A stretch of 64,000 nt of DNA from an uncultured Bacteroidales bacterium (GTDB lineage Bacteria; Bacteroidota; Bacteroidia; Bacteroidales; Bacteroidaceae), in assembly GCA_902779845.1 (NCBI GenBank), contig CACZCZ010000018.1, positions 14,747 through 78,746 of the forward strand. The letters are read 5' to 3'. The position numbers and the translations under genes are program-made. This document shows positions 21,529 through 29,144 of the stretch, piece after piece. The first letter of the stretch is position 1, and every line of letters begins with the position of its first letter. The notes under the pieces were generated by a model. It was not told the DNA's origin. It was given only the letters and a program-made list of their open reading frames with translations, and made no database searches.

Positions 21529-23520
21529 ATGTCCATCGACACCGACCTACGCATCCTCGAGCTCCTCTCACAGAGCTTCCCCAATATCGCCGCCGCCTCC
21601 TCAGAGATCATCAACCTTGAGGCCATCTTGAACCTGCCCAAAGGCACCGAGCACTTCATGGCCGACATCCACGGCGAGTACGAGGCCTTCCTTCACATCC
21701 TCAAGAATGCCTCCGGCAACATCAAGCGCAAAGTGAAGGAGCTCTATGCCGACACCCTCTCGCCAGAGGAGATACGCGAACTCTGCACACTCATCTACTA
21801 CCCCGAGCAGAAGCTGGAGATCATCAAGAACCAGCTCGAGGCAGCCCAGTCCGACACCACCCTCGCCGCCTTCTACTCCATCACCCTCCAGCGCCTCATC
21901 CGCGTCTGCCAGTCGGTGTCATCCAAATATACGCGCTCCAAAGTCCGCAAGGCCCTGCCCGCCGAGTTCGCCTACATCATCGAGGAGCTCTTGCACGAAT
22001 CGCCCTCCGACGACGACAAGCAGGCCTACTTCGCCCGCATCATTGAGGCCATCGTGCAAACCGGCCGCGCCGACGCTTTCATCATCGCCTTGGCCACCGT
22101 CATCCAGCAGCTGGCCGTCGATCAGCTCCACATCCTCGGCGACATCTTCGACCGCGGCCCTGGCGCTCACATCATCATGGACCGCCTCTGCCAGCACCAC
22201 AGCTTCGACATCCAATGGGGCAACCACGACGCGCTGTGGATGGGTGCCGCTGCCGGCAACGACTGCTGCATCGCCAACGTCCTGCGTCTCTCGCTGCGCT
22301 ACGGCAACATGCAAACCCTCGAGGACGGCTACGGCATCAACCTCGTACCCCTGGCCACCTTCGCCATGGAGACCTACGCCAGCGATCCCTGCGACCTCTT
22401 CGGCCCGCGTCTCGACAAGGACGACACCACACACAACGAGAAGACACGCCGCCTCATCGCGCAGATGCATAAGGCCATCTCTATCATCCAGTTCAAGCTC
22501 GAAGCCCAGATGATCCTGCGCCGTCCCGAATGGCAGATGCAGGACCGCCTCGTGCTGCAGTATATCGACAAGGAACGCGGCCTCTTCGTGAAGGACGGCG
22601 TCACTTATGAGATGACCGACACCTTCCTGCCCACCCTCGACCCCGCACACCCTTATGACCTCACCCCCGAGGAGGCCGAGCTGGTGCGCCAGCTCCACCA
22701 CTCCTTCCGCGTCAGCGACAAACTGCAGAAGCACATCAAGTGCCTCTTCACCCACGGCTGCATGTACGCCATCTACAACGGCAACCTCCTCTTCCACGCC
22801 AGCGTACCCCTCAATGCCGACGGCACTCTCAAGGAAGTCGATCTCAACGGCCAGCGCTACAGCGGCCGCGAGCTGCTGCATCAGATTGGCATGACCATGC
22901 GCTCCGCCTTCAACGCCGACACGCCCCGTGCCGAGAAGCAGTTTGCCAAGGATTACTTCTGGTATCTGTGGTGCGGGCAGGACTCACCGCTCTTCGACAA
23001 AGACCGCATGGCCACCTTCGAACGTTACTTCCTGCGCGACAAGTCAACGCACGAAGAACGCAAGGGTTACTACTACCTCCTTCGCGACAACGCCGAAGTC
23101 TGCGACCGCATCCTCGATGCCTTCGGTGTCGAGGGCAAGCACCGCCATATCATCAACGGCCATGTCCCCGTACGCGTGGCAGGCGGCGAGAGTCCCATCA
23201 AGGCCGACGGTCGCCTCATGGTCATCGACGGCGGCCTCTCCAAAGCCTACCACAACACCACCGGCATCGCCGGCTACACCCTCGTCTTCCACAGCCGCGG
23301 CTTCGAGCTCATCCAGCACGAACCCTTCGAGAGTGCTGACGACGCCATCCGCCGAGGCACCGACATCGTCTCCAGCAAGCAGATTGTCGAGCTCAGCGGT
23401 CGCCGCCTGCGTGTCCGCGACACCGACAAAGGGCGCGAACTCCTCTCCCAGATTACGGAACTCCAGCACCTCCTCTACGCCTACCGCCACGGCATCCTCA
23501 AGGAGCGCACCCGCCAGTAA
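21529..23520 (+). CDS. fbp: Fructose-1,6-bisphosphatase class 3
   Basis: 663 aa, with the MADIHGEYEAF metallophosphoesterase motif and FBPase class 3 length. Confidence 0.95.
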   Translation: MSIDTDLRILELLSQSFPNIAAASSEIINLEAILNLPKGTEHFMADIHGEYEAFLHILKNASGNIKRKVKELYADTLSPEEIRELCTLIYYPEQKLEIIKNQLEAAQSDTTLAAFYSITLQRLIRVCQSVSSKYTRSKVRKALPAEFAYIIEELLHESPSDDDKQAYFARIIEAIVQTGRADAFIIALATVIQQLAVDQLHILGDIFDRGPGAHIIMDRLCQHHSFDIQWGNHDALWMGAAAGNDCCIANVLRLSLRYGNMQTLEDGYGINLVPLATFAMETYASDPCDLFGPRLDKDDTTHNEKTRRLIAQMHKAISIIQFKLEAQMILRRPEWQMQDRLVLQYIDKERGLFVKDGVTYEMTDTFLPTLDPAHPYDLTPEEAELVRQLHHSFRVSDKLQKHIKCLFTHGCMYAIYNGNLLFHASVPLNADGTLKEVDLNGQRYSGRELLHQIGMTMRSAFNADTPRAEKQFAKDYFWYLWCGQDSPLFDKDRMATFERYFLRDKSTHEERKGYYYLLRDNAEVCDRILDAFGVEGKHRHIINGHVPVRVAGGESPIKADGRLMVIDGGLSKAYHNTTGIAGYTLVFHSRGFELIQHEPFESADDAIRRGTDIVSSKQIVELSGRRLRVRDTDKGRELLSQITELQHLLYAYRHGILKERTRQ

Positions 23521-23608
23521 CTCAGGCAAGAGACAATCGTCTTCGCCACCGTTCCAACGATGCTTTCCATGAACTTATGAATGAAGGTTCATGCGATGCC
23601 CCCTTCTA

Positions 23609-24208
23609 TCAATCATAGATAATGTGCGGATTCCTTTCCGCCGGTGTCTTCCAGTCTATGTTGAAGCCATATCGCAAGATATCCTTCTTCAGCCCCCATA
23701 TACTATGGCAAATGCCTATCATCCAGTTCTCGGGTATGAAGACCATGTCCATGAAGGAATCTATGCTTTTTTCAAGGCTGGGTGAAAGGAATGGGCTCAA
23801 TCTGTCATCCTTTCCCTCCTCCCGATGTGCATTCCACAAGTCATAAGCCCGCATGATTTGCCTACCTAAGATCTCCTCTTTCTCAGGATAGTCAATCTCG
23901 ATTCTCGTCCGCGGGTCTATCAGCATGGCGAGCCTCTTCAAGAGCGAACCGATTCGTTCCACCTCTTTCTGGAAAGGCTGTACCTTCTTCTTTTCAGACC
24001 ACATTGACCTTGGGTCAGCCAGCGGCAACACGATGTCCGGCTCCGTTCCAATCCAATACACCGATGCCTCGCAGTTACCCACAACGCTACACATCAGCCC
24101 TAGCCGCCTCATCTCAGGATCAAAGAAGCCGCTCAGGTCCTTTATCCTAATGAACGCGCTGATGCCCAGCTCCTTCATCTTTGCTTCTGTTAGTACGATG
24201 TGTTCCAT
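23609..24208 (-). CDS. Hypothetical protein (199 aa), orphan
   Basis: Clean ORF in the island. Its promoter (24321-24355) has the same palindrome-plus-box architecture as the WYL and DUF1566-like genes. No motif recognised. Confidence 0.6.
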   Translation of the reverse strand: MEHIVLTEAKMKELGISAFIRIKDLSGFFDPEMRRLGLMCSVVGNCEASVYWIGTEPDIVLPLADPRSMWSEKKKVQPFQKEVERIGSLLKRLAMLIDPRTRIEIDYPEKEEILGRQIMRAYDLWNAHREEGKDDRLSPFLSPSLEKSIDSFMDMVFIPENWMIGICHSIWGLKKDILRYGFNIDWKTPAERNPHIIYD

Positions 24209-24320
24209 ATACTTGCAATGTGCTGATAATGCTCCTCTTGCATGAGCTAATCATAATTGTTTGTCAGACAAATATACCTTTACATCAGTATAACGAAATA
24301 GTATATATCGTTTTTCAATG

Positions 24321-24355
24321 CAAAGGTATAATATAGTAGCGAACACTATGTTCGC
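24321..24355 (-). promoter_or_regulatory. Promoter with operator palindrome (GCGAACA-cta-TGTTCGC, 10-nt gap, TACCTTTG)
   Basis: The minus strand reads GCGAACATAGTGTTCGC-tactatatta-TACCTTTG. The architecture is identical at 28065-28099 and 29145-29179. Confidence 0.6.
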
Positions 24356-24375
24356 ATAACAAAAAAAGAATGTAG

Positions 24376-24921
24376 TTATAGCTGCAATGGTTCCGTGAGA
24401 TCACCTATAGGATGATAATTAAAACCCAAATAACGATTATACCACTCTTCTGGTTTCCAGCCATCTAAAGATACCCTCTCTCCCGTTTCATTATCCACGA
24501 TTATCGGAGTAAAAACTTTAATCGAATTGTATATTCTTACATTACCAGTTGCTGTTCTCTCCACTCTTCCAACGTCATAAAGCGAACATATGTTATATTT
24601 TGCATCATCTTTTGTATAGATGCGAAATAAAGGGCCATGTTTACTGGGCACATCAACAATTTCTCCATCTATAGGTTTTAGTAATTCAGAGAAAGGAAAC
24701 GGAGACTTTTCATCTTGTCCAAGTTCATGATTGTGAACGACCTCTATGAGATCTGTAAAACCACTACGATTCTTCTTCCCAAATAATGGTAACACAAGTA
24801 GTACTTGTTGCGGATTATTAACACTAGCCACACATACCTTTAGATATCTGTCTAACTGTTCTTCGAAGGATTTCTTTTTGAATGGTACAGTCTCCCAGTT
24901 TGTTAATAAATACTTAGCCAT
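24376..24921 (-). CDS. Hypothetical protein (181 aa), third gene of the retron operon
   Basis: The ATG lies 7 nt after the stop of the 275-aa gene, with the same strand and AT-rich composition. No motif recognised. Confidence 0.7.
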   Translation of the reverse strand: MAKYLLTNWETVPFKKKSFEEQLDRYLKVCVASVNNPQQVLLVLPLFGKKNRSGFTDLIEVVHNHELGQDEKSPFPFSELLKPIDGEIVDVPSKHGPLFRIYTKDDAKYNICSLYDVGRVERTATGNVRIYNSIKVFTPIIVDNETGERVSLDGWKPEEWYNRYLGFNYHPIGDLTEPLQL

Positions 24922-24928
24922 ATTATTT

Positions 24929-25756
24929 TTAAATTTTAGACAATAATTCTGTATTTATTGTGTTCGCCATATCCTTAATTGCATCTACCACTTCTCCGAA
25001 TGGTTCTCTACGACGCCAAATTTGACGACGATATTTCCAATATGCAGATTTATCAAGGTTGTTAAATCGCAAAAGTAAGTCATTATTGTCTTTGATACCA
25101 TTCCAATATACTTCCCCTTCCTTGGTTAACGGAAGTTTCATAGCTAATAGTTTTGCCTTAAAGTCTTCTAAGTTCTTTGTTTCATCCAAACTTCTATGGC
25201 TTTGTTCGTTTCTTACTTCTCGCGCAAAATCCAAAACCTCAATTTGTCTTTTATTCATCTTACCTGAAAATGCAGACAATTTGGCTGCCAATGAAAGACC
25301 TTTTATAGAATCTATTTTCTCTATATTTGTCCATTTTGCATTATCGTTAATATATCTGATGACGTCTTCAATAGATTCAAACCTGTTCATGTAGAAATAA
25401 TTAAGCAAATGCTCTACTTGAAGCATTGCATACCTACAAAACTCTGAAAAGTCAATTTTATGGGACCGAACTCCCATCCGATACCTTAGCATTTCTCGAT
25501 AATCAGAAACTAGTTGCTCTCTGACATAATCTTCTTTAATAAAAGAATAGTCAATATCTGGAGTTGCACTATCTAATTTATAGTCCAGCCCCAGATATTT
25601 CTCGATGTCAGCGATTTTACGATTACTTGAAGAGTCATAGGTCGGCACATCTAACAACTCTCGTAGTCCTTTTACAAAATCGTCATTGCCAGGTTCATCA
25701 ATGAGGCGCTTGATGAACTGCAGGAGCTTAATTAATTGTTCTTTATTTTGTGCCAT
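24929..25756 (-). CDS. HEPN-like protein (Rx4H motif RNEQSH), putative retron effector
   Basis: The ATG lies 1 nt after the RT stop. FAREVRNEQSHRS (R182-H187, nt 25196-25213) fits the R[NHD]xxxH HEPN RNase motif. The protein looks predominantly helical. Confidence 0.6.
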   Translation of the reverse strand: MAQNKEQLIKLLQFIKRLIDEPGNDDFVKGLRELLDVPTYDSSSNRKIADIEKYLGLDYKLDSATPDIDYSFIKEDYVREQLVSDYREMLRYRMGVRSHKIDFSEFCRYAMLQVEHLLNYFYMNRFESIEDVIRYINDNAKWTNIEKIDSIKGLSLAAKLSAFSGKMNKRQIEVLDFAREVRNEQSHRSLDETKNLEDFKAKLLAMKLPLTKEGEVYWNGIKDNNDLLLRFNNLDKSAYWKYRRQIWRRREPFGEVVDAIKDMANTINTELLSKI

Positions 25757-25757
25757 A

Positions 25758-27179
25758 TTATAAATAGCTCAAATCAAAATTTGTTTCACAAAGTTTAGCA
25801 AGTATTTCATCCAGCGTCATCGAGGAATGTTTTTTCTTCTTTACATCGACGTCTTTACCAAATGGTCTATGAACGAAATAGAATCTCTCTTTCTGTTGAT
25901 TCTCGCAAAGAGATATTACCAGGTTTGTAAACTCCAATTTTTCAGAATTCTTGCTGATTGTTGCAACTTGTTTCTCACCATCTATCAAGAAGGAAGCGTA
26001 CTTTTTTCCGTTCTTCGATAGTTTCATTTCTACTTTTGTTCCAATTCTTTTCTCAAAATCGGTAATTCTCTGAGTGTCCAAGTACTTGATGGCTGTCTCG
26101 GAATTGCCATATAAAGGAACATCCATAAGTACATTGTATAGCTTCCTCAACTTTACATATGTGGAGTCATCCTCACCCTTGACCATTTTAAGATAATCCA
26201 ACTTTCCTGCTATCACGTTTTCCAAATGCGGAGCCCCCTTTTTAATGTGTCCTTTTTCCAGTTGGTAATGAACAATGAAACGCTGATAGGCTGTTGTCAA
26301 ACCATACTTTTGCCATATATAGAGTATATTTCTTATGTCTTCCACATATTTTCGCGTTACATTTACTTTGTCGCTAACAATCAGTCCCGTGACCTCTTGC
26401 CTGCTCCCTTTTTTCTGTAAACGTGTTTTTACTTCATTGACCTGGAAACCTTGCTCTTGAATGATTTTGAACAGGGTCTTCATGAAACGCGAGTCCTTCT
26501 GATAGACATTGTGCATACTGCTAAATGTAATATCATCTGCATAACGAGAATATATTAATCCATAATGTGAAGCCAATTTTGCAAGTTTATAGTCAAGCTT
26601 ATCGCATATTGCATTTGTGAGTAACGGCGAGGTTGGTGCTCCTTGTGGAAGAATATATTTCTCCGAATCTTCATTCACGAGTTTCATGCAGCACAATCCA
26701 GCAATTACACTGGCGAGTTCTGGATTGAAGTTGAAAGGAGGTACTTTCAGTCGTCCCCACACTCTCGCTTGAGGAATGCTTGGGAAGAAATCTTTAAGAT
26801 CCATGTTAAACACATAGTTCTGTGCAATATGCATTTGTGCATTATCAACGACGGACCGGTTCTGAGCAAAACCCATTGCCCACCGAGATGGTTCATAGAT
26901 GGCCTGAAATATGATGTTCAGATATGTCTGAATAGATTTCAAACCATTTACGGGAGCTGATATATGCCTTGCCCCACCGGACTTTTTTGCAATGAAGAAA
27001 TCGTGATATCGTTTGGAATTGGGAATAGAGAAGGGATTACAATAAAAGTTTATCTGCTTCATAGTAAACGGAAAGCCTCTATCGCCCAACTCGTCAGCCT
27101 TAATATCGTTTAGTAAGGCCAACAAATCAGTTTTATCTTTCATGTGCTCAACACGGAGCTTTATCTTTTCTCTATCCAT
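25758..27179 (-). CDS. Retron-type reverse transcriptase with a ~125-aa C-terminal extension
   Basis: FFIAKKSGGARHISAP; NAQMH (26829-26843); MDLKDFFPSI; LPQGAPTSPLLTNAICDKLD; YADD (26532-26543); RQEVTGLIV (VTG at 26385-26393). Collinear with the Ec86 RT as I remember it. Confidence 0.9.
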   Translation of the reverse strand: MDREKIKLRVEHMKDKTDLLALLNDIKADELGDRGFPFTMKQINFYCNPFSIPNSKRYHDFFIAKKSGGARHISAPVNGLKSIQTYLNIIFQAIYEPSRWAMGFAQNRSVVDNAQMHIAQNYVFNMDLKDFFPSIPQARVWGRLKVPPFNFNPELASVIAGLCCMKLVNEDSEKYILPQGAPTSPLLTNAICDKLDYKLAKLASHYGLIYSRYADDITFSSMHNVYQKDSRFMKTLFKIIQEQGFQVNEVKTRLQKKGSRQEVTGLIVSDKVNVTRKYVEDIRNILYIWQKYGLTTAYQRFIVHYQLEKGHIKKGAPHLENVIAGKLDYLKMVKGEDDSTYVKLRKLYNVLMDVPLYGNSETAIKYLDTQRITDFEKRIGTKVEMKLSKNGKKYASFLIDGEKQVATISKNSEKLEFTNLVISLCENQQKERFYFVHRPFGKDVDVKKKKHSSMTLDEILAKLCETNFDLSYL

Positions 27180-27198
27180 ATAAAAATGAGAGTCTTCA

Positions 27199-27384
27199 AC
27201 AGAACTGCTTTTCTTTGTATATCATAGCACATAACATACTGTTTGTATTTAAATTTGTAAGCCTCGAAGGAAAGCAGAAGTATGCTTTGCACGTCAAGCA
27301 CATATAACAATCTAACATTGTTACCTCAAGCATATGCAAGAGGAATCTACTGAATACGGTAGACAATTTCAAAATCAGTTCTGT
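27199..27384 (-). ncRNA. Candidate retron msr-msd non-coding RNA
   Basis: 14-nt inverted repeat: ACAGAACTGaTTTT (rc of 27371-27384) pairs with AAAAgCAGTTCTGT (rc of 27199-27212), 13 of 14 positions. The 3' arm ends 19 nt before the RT ATG. A G follows the 5' arm directly (27370). Internal hairpins are present, for example TAACAAT-guuag-ATTGTTA and AAAGCA-uacuuc-TGCTTT. Confidence 0.45.
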
Positions 27385-27434
27385 ATCAGACTCTCAAAGA
27401 TCGCTGTTTAACTTTGATTTGGAATGAGGATATA

Positions 27435-28040
27435 TCACCTCGTTTTAACAAGGCGTATAGGTATTGAGAAACCTGAAAAAACAAGAGTAATATCAATGGC
27501 CGTTATACGCAGTGCGCCCTCACCTACACGTCCCATATGTACCGCCTTTTTCTCATTTCCATCCTCCTTATTATTTATCCAGAAATATAAATGCCCAGCT
27601 CCATACATATTTTTATGCACTAGTCTACCAGCTTTTTTGAAACCTGTACTATGGAAATTAATACTATTGCCATTGGGACCTATGAATGTAACACTATACA
27701 AGTCTCCGTATGTGTTTTTTTCCACATGCCTCTCACAAGTCTCAAATAATTCTTTCCACTGTTCTTCTGTTGGAAGATTATAATTTTCTGCTGTCTCATA
27801 TGGCAAGAAGATAACTTTTTTATCTTCCATTTCATAATCAGCCGACCACAACGTTCCACTTGGCAAACCTAGGTCAACATATTCAGTCTTGTTGTCACGA
27901 AGATCGATTGGAATCTCTTCCTCTCGGTCTTTGTAACCATCACGATACCCTTCTTCATACGCTTTTGCGAGCGCATTTGCTATCACTTCGTTTGATTTCT
28001 CTGCTGCATATTGAGCAGCCTTCTCTGTCAGCTCTATCAT
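27435..28040 (-). CDS. DUF1566 / FISUMP-like domain protein, no signal peptide
   Basis: YVDLGLPSGTLWS, LPTEEQWKELF and GPNGNSINF...G..YFW segments match the Bacteroides DUF1566-type family as I recall it. The N-terminus is a helical region rich in A, E and K. Confidence 0.6.
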   Translation of the reverse strand: MIELTEKAAQYAAEKSNEVIANALAKAYEEGYRDGYKDREEEIPIDLRDNKTEYVDLGLPSGTLWSADYEMEDKKVIFLPYETAENYNLPTEEQWKELFETCERHVEKNTYGDLYSVTFIGPNGNSINFHSTGFKKAGRLVHKNMYGAGHLYFWINNKEDGNEKKAVHMGRVGEGALRITAIDITLVFSGFSIPIRLVKTR

Positions 28041-28064
28041 AGTTGCTATTATTTTTTAACACTG

Positions 28065-28099
28065 CAAAGATATATCCCGTTAGCGAACTCTATGTTCGT
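28065..28099 (-). promoter_or_regulatory. Promoter with operator palindrome (ACGAAC-N5-GTTCGC, 10-nt gap, TATCTTTG)
   Basis: The minus strand reads ACGAACATAGAGTTCGC-taacgggata-TATCTTTG, 25 nt upstream of the ATG at 28040. It overlaps the 3' end of the WYL gene. Confidence 0.6.
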
Positions 28100-29127
28100 A
28101 AACTACCATATTTTTCATTCATAGCAGAAATATGCTTTTCTATTTCGTTCTTGACATCGCCGTCGGACTGTAAGACGATGAGGTCTGCACCGAAAGAGGT
28201 TAGTTCACGGATGAGTTCAAAGTTGTTGATACAGTCCAGCGTGAAGAAGAGGCCGCCTTGGAGTTGGGGATATTCAGCACGCAGTTGCAGATCTTTCTCT
28301 CCTTTGAGGGGAGTGTAGCTGCCATGAATCGGCTTTGTATCGACATAACCTTTCGATGCATCACTCACCCAGCATAGGATATGTTCAACTGGACGATCCT
28401 CGTAGAGTGTAACACCTACGATGTCTTCAAAGCGGTCTGCAAGGTCTTCCGGACATTTCTCATAGTGCTTCTCTGGAAATGGATCCACTGCATTGATTCT
28501 GTCGAGAGCGAAGTGAAGGATCTTCTTGTCGCTGTCAGCAGCACCGAGCAGATACCAACGGTCGTTGTACTGCTTTAACAGGTAGGGATGGAAGTCTATG
28601 CTACGAATAGTCTCATCTGAGAAGGTATGGTAGGACAGCCTGATGACCACCTTATTAGATATATAGTCGAAGAGTGTTCCCAGGAGGTTGGAGTTCTTCA
28701 GGTAGGGATTGTTACTGAAACTTATAATCTGACGGTGGCTCCGCACTTCTGCATCTGCCTTCAGACGGTCCAACCAAGCAAAATGATCCAGACCGTTGAA
28801 CTGACCAATAGTGTTCAGAACTTCATGCAAGAGCAATCTCTCTTCACGACGCATCTCCTGCTTAAAAATAGAGAATGAGTGCTTGTCATACGCAATGCAG
28901 TTCTTGCCATTCTTCACGAATCGAGCAATGGGTGCATTGAAGGGCGCATCTTCAAGCGCATTAATATCTTTCTCTATGCAGCGTTGTCCAACCTCAAGGA
29001 ATCCATCAAACCGCAATCTCTCATTCACGCCATCTGTCAAGTCGTGAATGTCATAATAGTGATAGCGGTCGGACAGCAGTCTATCCAGATGCTTATATCG
29101 AATGAGAGCGTTCTTGTTCGTTGGCAT
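28090..29127 (-). CDS. WYL-domain transcriptional regulator (HTH-WYL-WCX type)
   Basis: N-terminal HTH (ALIRYKHLDRLL...RCIEKDINAL) and WYL motif NDRWYLLG. ATG at 29127 is preferred because the TACCTTTG box at 29145-29152 lies inside the longer ORF. Confidence 0.8.
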   Translation of the reverse strand: MPTNKNALIRYKHLDRLLSDRYHYYDIHDLTDGVNERLRFDGFLEVGQRCIEKDINALEDAPFNAPIARFVKNGKNCIAYDKHSFSIFKQEMRREERLLLHEVLNTIGQFNGLDHFAWLDRLKADAEVRSHRQIISFSNNPYLKNSNLLGTLFDYISNKVVIRLSYHTFSDETIRSIDFHPYLLKQYNDRWYLLGAADSDKKILHFALDRINAVDPFPEKHYEKCPEDLADRFEDIVGVTLYEDRPVEHILCWVSDASKGYVDTKPIHGSYTPLKGEKDLQLRAEYPQLQGGLFFTLDCINNFELIRELTSFGADLIVLQSDGDVKNEIEKHISAMNEKYGSLRT

Positions 29128-29144
29128 AATTTCTGTTTTTGCTG

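Noticed and set aside
21746-23572. Same-strand off-frame ORFs inside fbp, rich in Pro, Ser, Thr and Arg (21746-22513, 22740-23339, 22928-23572). Similar ones lie in other genes, for example 3749-4213, 4588-5082, 53188-54265 and 57801-58319.
   Set aside because: These are alternative frames of bona fide genes. Their amino-acid bias is the signature of the +1 or +2 frame of GC-rich coding DNA.
23568-23593. Inverted repeat CATGAAC-N12-GTTCATG after fbp, as a terminator or att site.
   Set aside because: No T-tract follows on either strand, and I found no matching copy at the right island boundary. It is too weak to call.
25758-27179. The RT could be a group II intron maturase or a diversity-generating retroelement RT.
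   Set aside because: No intron RNA domains (for example a domain V-like hairpin), maturase X or endonuclease regions flank it. I saw no template/variable repeat pair or Avd-like gene. The NAxxH and VTG motifs and the upstream inverted-repeat leader fit retrons instead.
27395-27402. GATCTTTG as the retron ncRNA promoter -7 box.
   Set aside because: I kept it only as supporting evidence in the ncRNA finding. The first base deviates from TAnnTTTG and I could not find a -33 TTTG, so it is not listed as a feature.
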